The notes under the pieces are model-generated. The model ran no database searches. It was not told the DNA's origin and worked only from the letters and a program-made list of their open reading frames with translations. DNA of 64,000 nt, taken from the NCBI GenBank assembly GCA_976226885.1, contig OZ320319.1:62496001-62560000 (forward strand). The letters are read 5' to 3'. Position numbers and translations under genes: made by a program. Below, piece by piece: positions 55,919 through 64,000 of the stretch. The first letter of the stretch is position 1; every line of letters starts with the position of its first letter. The DNA comes from Iphione sp. A-MEVVRFRX5. Lineage: Eukaryota.

Positions 55919-58366
55919 TTGAAAAAAATTATCATTCAACCCAGGATGATGTGTTTCACCACTCCAGGCATTCTGTGTCATCAGAACAGCAGATTCTCAC
56001 ACTGTCCACCGACAACACAGCAACGAGCAGATGGTATATTTCGCCTTGGAGTCTTGGAAATGGACCCGGATAGTGAATTTACTGATATTGGCAGTGACTG
56101 GGAGGAAGATTTAGGTCTGGAAACATACAGGTTGCATAACGAAAGAAGAAAAGATGGCTCTGATGACGATTCATCTCAAGAGTGTGTGAAAAATCATCAA
56201 GATGACACAGGCAGTGAGAATGATTCTCAATCTGACCTAGATGGACAGGTCTCTACTGATTACAATCACAATGGATGGACCAATGTCAAGCCAAACCAGG
56301 ATCTAATGGACAGGCCAGTTGCATTTAATGAGAGTACCCATGGTGCCAGCAAGGATATTGACAGTGAGAAAGTCAGAAATCCACTAGATTTCTTCTCATT
56401 GTTCCTCTCTCTTGAATCTTTGACCGAGGTGCTTTAAAATATCATGCTGAGGGTTGCATTCCCACAGGAAAGGCTCCAAAATGGACACCTTTCACCATCA
56501 TAGAGCTAAGGAATTTCATCAGCTTGTCTATGCTGATGGGCACCGTTGTGAAGCCTATGTTGCATGACTATTGGAATACCTTGGAGCATCTCCTGACCCC
56601 AGTTTAAAAAAATACATGACGCATGATCAATTCGAAGGACTGATGCGGTAAGTAGTATAGTGCTGTCATATCAATAATTGTTTCTAGTAATAATTATTCT
56701 AATTATTTATAACTGCTCAAAATGGAGTATAATTTCAATATATGTGGTACATATGTAGACTGTTTTCACATTTTTCGTTGTAGGCATCTCAATATGTGTG
56801 GCTAACAAACCCCAAGTGTGGCAAACACAGATCATTCCCATCCCTCCAGCAAGGTTGGTTGGTTATTCCAGTTCCTCAATAAAATATCCAGGAATATCTA
56901 CCACCCAAGACAACAGATCACAGTGGATGAGACTATGGTTCATAATAAATTCTATCTACGATTTAAGCAATATATGCCAGCCATGCCAGCCAAATGGGGC
57001 ATAAATCTGTGGATCTTGGCTGAAAGCGTCTCTGGGTACGTGCTAAGAACTGTCCCTTACTTTGGAAGAACTGATAGAGGCAAGACCTGCTTGGCTGAAT
57101 TTGTTGTGTTTTATCTCCTGAAGAAATGTAATTTATTGGGAAAAGGCCATATCTTGTACATGGATAATTTTTTTTACAGGGGTGGGTCTAGTTAAAAAAC
57201 TTCTGACATATGGTACTTATGGGTGTGGAACCATTAGGATGAATAGGACAGGTCTACCTAGGCAACTAATGAAAAAAAAGTCGCCTCCATCAAGAAGACT
57301 GGACACATGAAATTTTCGAAAAATGGCTCCGTTACTGACAGTATGGAAAGACAAAAGGCTGGTTAGAGTTCTGTCCACCTGGGACACCAGTAGCATTTCT
57401 CATATCAGTGGAACAGTCAAAGGCATTTCTAGTGGTAAGTTTGCGAAAACTGATGCTATCTGTTGTGAGGCCATTGTAGATTGCTGCAGATATATGGGAG
57501 GAGTTGATAAGGGGGATCAATTCCACCAGTATTACAACTACTCATGTAAATGTAAGTGTTGGCAAAAAAAATCTTCTGGTATAGTGTAGCAGAGACATGC
57601 TTTTCATCTGCTAGTTCCTTACCACATGGTACAAGTATGAGCTAAGAATAGGCATCAAGCTTGAATGTTATTGCATAATCTGATGTCTGGTATTGCGTAA
57701 GAATGATCATGTGGCCACTCCGGTAACCACTCCGGTAACTTTACATGAGCAACTAATTAGAAGGTTGCAGAGGTTATTTTTAGTAACAGTTTAGACAGAA
57801 TCTCTATTCAGGTCTATTTTTAGTATGGGAACCAGATATATGTCTGGAGTGTTACTATTCTGAGACATTATTGCATAATCACAGTATTATGTGACCTTTC
57901 TACAGGAGTATATAAGACTGCACTTTTTCCTGTAATAAACAGTTATTCTCCCAATTTGGAGCATTTGGAGTGAACCGTATTTTATGATCGTTGTTATCAT
58001 TTCTCATCACCTTCCTTGTCAGAGACCAAGCTCACGTTCAATATGTTTGAAATCATGAAGATAAATGCTCTGGTACTACTCACCTCATTCAAAGAGAAAC
58101 CAATATCATTGTAGGAGTTTTCTTTTGAGATCATAACAGGATTACTGTTTGGCCCACTGGAAATTCATAGACCATTGCAAATAACAGCACTGGCTCGCCT
58201 GACATCTCGATGTTTTCTATATGTCTTGGGTAGAAAAACCTATTGTAAGGTCTGCTACACCCATGTGAAAAAAGGCTTGCAGATCACCAAGCCACAGACC
58301 AAGTACATACATGTATATTGTTGTAAAAACTGCCAGGCACATCTATGTCTTCAAAATTTTTTTTGA
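55919..58366 (+). pseudogene. piggyBac (PGBD4-like) transposase pseudogene with introns
   Basis: PLDFFSLF, ITVDETMV (D), MPAMPAKWG, LYMDNFF (D), GTIRMNR, WKDKRLV, MGGVDKGDQ (D), C-terminal CKVC...C..C..HLC; intron 56648-56783 and a probable second at about 57590-58022; multiple stops and frameshifts. Confidence 0.88.
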
Positions 58367-60739
58367 ATTCACCAAACTATTAAACATTTTGATTGACTAA
58401 CCTTGGAAGAGTAGCCAGCAAATGTATTCTGGATGAAAAAATTGACTCATACGCATGCTAGAATAAATATGGATGTCTCAACGTGAATATATGACTTACT
58501 TGTTCCTTCATTCTGTCAGTAAGAATATCCATACATGGTATATCCAATAGAGATATATATGATGGAGCCAAACTAAATAATCCATCTGATATGTAAATAC
58601 AAGTGTCATTCTCCAATAAATCCATATTTGTAACCTCAAAATATTTATAAACATATTATCCTACATAATTCATTAAAGACAATTGAATAATTAATCATTC
58701 AGATGGCATATCAAAACATACACTCTAATTCCACGTGTATGTATCCAGCATATGACATTCAATGTAAATAGTCCATCTGAGCTTAAATTCCAAGTGACAA
58801 GCCAAAATAAATCCGTATTCATAGTCTAAAAGCCCCTATAAATGTTTTCCTATTCAATTCCCCTTAGACAATTGAATAAATAATGCCTTAGATTACTTAT
58901 AGTTCCATGAATCGTCCACCCGTATAAGCCATTAGGACACAATGATATAAAGTGCTGCAACCTGTAGATGATAGGAAAAACATGCTGCCATGTAGTACAA
59001 GACGTATCATCAGGTGCCACCTAGATAGGTTTAACAACAAAATAAAAGATGTTACCCATGCCATACATTAACTTTTCCTGCTCTTGAATTAGCCAATTAG
59101 CACTGTCAGGTAGCTGTGCATATAAACTAAAACATGCACTGCGAACTGCTAACACACACATCTAAAGAAATTCAGCCTTCGGAACTCTTTGAGGCAAAAA
59201 GTTTTAGATAGAGTGAGGTTTACTAGGTAGGTATAGGTAACCAGAAACACGCCTATTTTTTTTCCTTAACGTCTGTGTACTACTGGTGTCTGATGTCACT
59301 TCCACCAACTTTATGCTGCATGGTGTGCGAAATGTATGGACATTTCCCATTTTTGACACTGGAAAATGCATTCACCAAAGATGCATACACATGCAGCACA
59401 GTTTGGAAATGGCACCAGTCTGTTAATGTTACCATACTTTTCTGCATGCATGTACCACACATTCATGGAAGCACTGTCACAACTGATCACGGTAGATCAC
59501 GGGTTTAAACCTCTACATTGAGAGGGCAGTACCTACTTCTCAAAGTGAGTCACCAGCAGTCCAGGGTCAGCCAAGGTCAGTCAACCTCCGGACACCACAA
59601 TAAGTAGAGGCCCCTAGGACCAAAGTAGCAGAAATCTTGGTTTCTTTGTGTTACTTAATTTCACATCCTCACTTCTTTAAATACTTTACTGTCCTAGAGG
59701 TAAATTAGAGAGCTTTGTAGTACCGTTTGTCTAGTGCATTGAAAAGTAAAAAATTGAAGGAAAATTACAAATCTCCGAAAGCATGACTATATTCGTGGCA
59801 GCTCCATGTGGATGTTACTGTCGTCTCTTCCTTGATAAAATTCAGTGGAAAAAGAACACATTCTCTGCAAATTCAGCCAAACAAATGCAAAATTCATGCA
59901 ATAAATGAATGGTAAATTTCATCTAAACTGGGCCAGGAAAAAGCAAAATTTGTGTCAATCTGGCTAAAAAAAATCACAGAACACATGAAGTTTTCTCTGA
60001 AAAATGGTGTGATCCATGCACATTTTGCAGAAGAATAACAAAACTGCTTAAAAGGTATGAGGAGAAGTGAGGAAATATTTTCTTTTTTGCATGAAACATA
60101 CCTAACAATGTAATTTTTATCCTACTTTTCCTATACTGCTGTGCAAAACATGCATGCATGGCCATGAAAAATAGGAACCTATCCAACCCAAAAACATAGC
60201 TGCATGTGCATGAAAACATGCTACAAGTACTGTACATACTACACACTACATGTAAAAGGAAACAGTCCTGGTATAATCTATAGTTCCCAAAATACATACA
60301 ATCATGGCCACGGAAACACACATCTAAGGAAATTCACAGTTTAGTTAAGAGACAGAGGAGGAGGAAAATACACCAGGGCAAAACAAAATAGACTTTAAAT
60401 CATTCACAGGTGACGTCAAACAGGCAATTAAGAGGAGTCAGTTGTATGTCAGTGCAGTGTAACACAAACAACTGTGCTTACCGCCCAAAGTACAGCATTA
60501 CAGCAGGTGTAAAACCACCAGTGTCAGGACTCAACTCTAACATAGACCCAAGATAGACCAAGTTGCCTAGGTCTACCTGGCCTTCCTAAATGGGGTTACA
60601 GCCTTCAGTCGGCCTGGGACTTCTACTGGCGCAGAGGTCCAGTGGTCTGACCAGGGTAGCTAGTCCAGGTCAGACCAGCTCCCAAAGGTTAAAGTTGTAG
60701 ACCAGCTTTGGACCTCCAGCTAACTGTGTGAACCTGAAG

Positions 60740-61210
60740 TAAGGGGTTAGCCCACCTGGGGTCAGCTCCACAAAGGGTAGCAGGGTGGTCAATACCAAAG
60801 CCCTAGCTTTACACAGATAGTTTATGTGCACACACAATGTTCTATATAAGTGTAACGAAGCCCCTCCTGACCAGGTTACACTGGCCCCCTTTTGGGTTAC
60901 AGCTCACAAGCCAGCTAGAACATGCATACATTGTGAAGACTCTATGGTAAGGGGTAAGCCTAGCCATAAGTCAGCTCCCAAAGGGTTACAGGGTGGTCAA
61001 AACCAAAGCACAAGCTTTACACAGATAGTCTATGTGCACACACATGTTCGATATAAGTGTAATCAAGCTGCATTGACCAGGTTACACTGGCCCCCTTTCG
61101 GGTTACAGCTCACAAGCCAGCTAGAACATGTGCACATTGTGAAGACTCTATGGTAAGGGGTAAGCCTAGCCATGAGTCAGCTCCCAAAGGGTTACAGGGT
61201 GGTCATACCA
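60740..61210 (+). repeat. About 207-bp tandem repeat, 2.2 copies
   Basis: GTCAGCTCC(A/C)AAAGGG anchors at 60761, 60970 and 61176. Confidence 0.85.
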
Positions 61211-62140
61211 ATGCCCCAGCATATAAACAACATGTGTACTGGTGCAATGCCTGTCATATACACTCACCAACCGCAGCACATCCTCGCTCACTCACAGCAC
61301 TGAGACTACTGTCCATAATAGAGAGGTTCCACTGTATATAAAACACTGCCTGAAAGTAGATCCGGCCATGGGAAGGTGCTCTCACACAGGGGGGATATCA
61401 GAGGGTACCGAATAATGCATCACCAACAATTCAGATCAGCTGTGACGCTTAAAGAAGAGGCAAATAACGCTTTATGTGGAATTAATTCTTTGATAGCACT
61501 TCACCAGTATATGCCTCATAATGCTTCCCAAAAATTTAGAAGGGTAAATAACGCTTCACGCTGAATTAAAATCACCAATAACGCTTCACTAAAATAGTTG
61601 ACCCCCCATGTTCTCACTAGTGTGAGAAACTTTCCAAGTCTCATAATTTGCTTACTTGCATGTTTTTCTTGAAACGTTTTCAAATCATACATTAGGATAA
61701 GTTTTGTCACAAAAGATAAAACAAGAGAAAATGCACAAAAAGTGCTTGGTCAGTTTGGACTACTTCCTCACAAGACATGTATCGCAAGGAAAATCCTCCT
61801 GATTTTACCCAAGACATATATCATGAACAGTTTCCCAGGTAGTTTTGTGTCATATTTCTAAAATGTTGCCATTTTCACATACGCCTGTTCGATTCTTTGT
61901 TGGTGCTTACTACCAGGTCCGTGCTCCTCTGACGTCATGAATGGGTGAGGTGTCAGGCACGGGGAGAGAGAGGTCGGCCAATTTGGGAAAGAGGGAGAGA
62001 GAGATGGGGGGCAGAGGGAGAGGGGGCCAGATAGTACAAGTGCCAAAAGCGTTAGTTCACTATAAAAGCAGATGTACAGTAGAGTCATTGTTCACTTTGT
62101 GGTTTATTGTTCAGAAATAATTATCATCAAATCAAACTTA

Positions 62141-62491
62141 GGCCAAAAAAATATAGGTGTGTTTCTGGTAACCCACCCCTACCTAGTAAAACCTCACCCT
62201 ACCTAAAGATTATTTGGCCTTAAAGAGTTTCCAAAGCTGAATTCCCTTAGATATGTGTTTTCATGCTGCATATTTTGCTTAATTCAGTAGAAAATCAATA
62301 AAATCCATGAAAATTCAACAAAAAACTGTGAAACTCATGCAAATTGGTCACAATTATTCATACCGTCTTTATTATCATTGGTTTTCAAACCAGTGGAAGA
62401 AAGTGGAAAAAAAATTATAAAAAAAAGATACCCCCCTCACTACCTAGGTTTTTGGCTGGCTGTTACCAGAAACACACCTATCTTTTTTGCC
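62141..62491. mobile_element. Tourist-like MITE family A, full copy
   Basis: TTA TSD (62138-40, 62492-94); colinear with 35817-36168. Confidence 0.88.
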
Positions 62492-63355
62492 TTAGTGTGG
62501 CTCTTCAATTGGGGTGAACTATATATAAAAAAGTACCACTCTAATGAGGGCAACCCTGTATGAAGGATAGTATTGGCTGGTCCATCCACTGGTTGTCTTT
62601 AAGGGTCTCTACTGTAGATATAAATATTTATGTTCCTGTGTGTACACGATTCCTGGTTGTTTGTAGTTCCATTAGTGGTAGAGAAGAACCAAAGTGTTGT
62701 GCACTCTTAGTCACAACCCACTTTCTGGAATACTTTGTACAGGTATTTAATTACACTACATAAATAAAATATTATCTGAAAGAAGGTCTTGCCCATACAT
62801 ACAGATCACATGAGTATGAGGCTTTCTCTAAAATTCATCAGGTGTTGTCTTCATCTGGTGTTGTGAGTGCCTTTTACTATAATGGAGATTAGTAAATGCT
62901 TTCTGACATCAACAGTGTGAGAGAAAAAAAAGGGATTACTTCTTCACCTTGATGTAATGCACTATCAGGTATATTTATATCATTGCACCTGTGTTCCATC
63001 ATCCAGAACCTAGGGTTGCTATTGTTCTTCGTTGTCTCCTCTTGGTATGTGTATGTGTGTGTGCAGAAGGAGAGAGGGAGCGAGAGAGAGACAGGGAGAC
63101 AAAGAGATAGGAAGAGACATACACAGACAGCACAGTTCTCAATACAGAAATCAGAGAAAAAACTGCTACCACCTGAACCCCCCCCCACTGTATGCAATCA
63201 GTGCAAGTTCTGAAGGCTCTATTAAGACGCATAGCTCTTTTAAAACATGTATGTGTACATAGATCCAATGCTTTTCAATAAGAATAGCACCTGTAACGTT
63301 GCAGTCCGGAATGATTTGTGAAAGTTTTTTTTCTCAGGTTTTATTGCTGTACTAA

Positions 63356-63584
63356 GGCCTGGTTTCCATGTTTTCGGAAATTTCTGCCAGACCCCAAATG
63401 TGTGGGTCAGGAAAAAAAGAACCTATTACAATCTACACAGCTGATCCCATGGGTCCATGGTCCTAGGTCTGTGGTATGGATCCAGGTGGTTCCGGAGACT
63501 AAAAAATGAGCAGTTCTCTTTCATTTCTGGACTCCCTATATTCCATACGATGGAATGAAATTCCGAACACATGGAAACCCTGCC
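63356..63584. mobile_element. Harbinger-type MITE
   Basis: TAA TSD; TIR GGCCTGGTTTCCATGTTTTCGG vs GGCAGGGTTTCCATGTGTTCGG. Confidence 0.85.
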
Positions 63585-63624
63585 TAAAATGGATTGGAAG
63601 CATGGATACCTTCAAACCGCTCAC

Positions 63625-63996
63625 CTGAGCATAGAGACGAACAAATGTAAGTCCATTATTGACGTGCGTTGTACGCCAATAGTCAGACCTGAAGAACATT
63701 GGAATACGTTCTTCGATGATCCTTAGAGGGCGTATTTCCATGTACGGCGGAATATTTGCACAGAACGCGGGAACTTCTTCTGGTGCAACTGTAGATGGAA
63801 CCACTGCTGCAAGTAGAGCCGACTGGTGGACAAGTTGATCTTCCACCTCGAGAATACTGGTTATCAGTTCTGTATCTGTGATGAACTCTTTACTTTCAGT
63901 GACGCAGTCAGCTAGCAAAGTTTGTATGCAGTGTTCTCGCCCGGGACTAAAGTGTGTGAAAATGGCAGCTGCCAGACCAAGGAAATCGGAGCCCAC
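63625..63996 (-). CDS. Probable coding exon of an unidentified gene, truncated by the window edge
   Basis: Open frame of more than 120 codons with protein-like composition ending at a good donor CAG|GTGAGC (63625/63624); no family motif recognised. Confidence 0.45.
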
Positions 63997-64000
63997 AATC

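Noticed and set aside
61700-63270. Scattered possible exons (e.g. SSQDMYRKENPPDFTQDIYHEQF; ORFs 62560..62763, 62889..63268)
   Set aside because: No phase-consistent chain or recognisable domain could be built; several ORFs derive from microsatellites.

Overview
Eukaryotic (marine-invertebrate-like, spliceosomal introns) window dominated by nested transposable elements; species not determinable from sequence. From left to right: (1) the right part of a PIF/Harbinger DNA transposon with an apparently intact 4-exon, 354-aa DDE transposase, a convergent multi-exon Myb/SANT-type partner gene (5' exons outside the window) and an unexplained 579-codon open exon upstream of the partner's visible exons; (2) a BEL/Pao remnant; (3) a 5'-deleted Gypsy element nested in a MITE and itself hit by a TTAA piggyBac-like insertion; (4) a young Gypsy-type element with near-identical LTRs encoding only Gag and protease; (5) a tyrosine-recombinase (DIRS/Ngaro-type) retrotransposon disrupted next to its YLDD motif; (6) the main host gene, a 10-coding-exon, 654-aa guanylyl cyclase with a NIT (nitrate/nitrite-sensing) domain between two predicted TM helices; (7) many MITE families with TA, TWA, TTAA or 5-bp TSDs, LINE, CACTA-like and piggyBac remnants, a tRNA-derived SINE, a DM9-repeat gene and an unassigned exon at the right edge. 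Exon structures were assembled by hand from GT-AG sites and phase consistency; no database searches were run.
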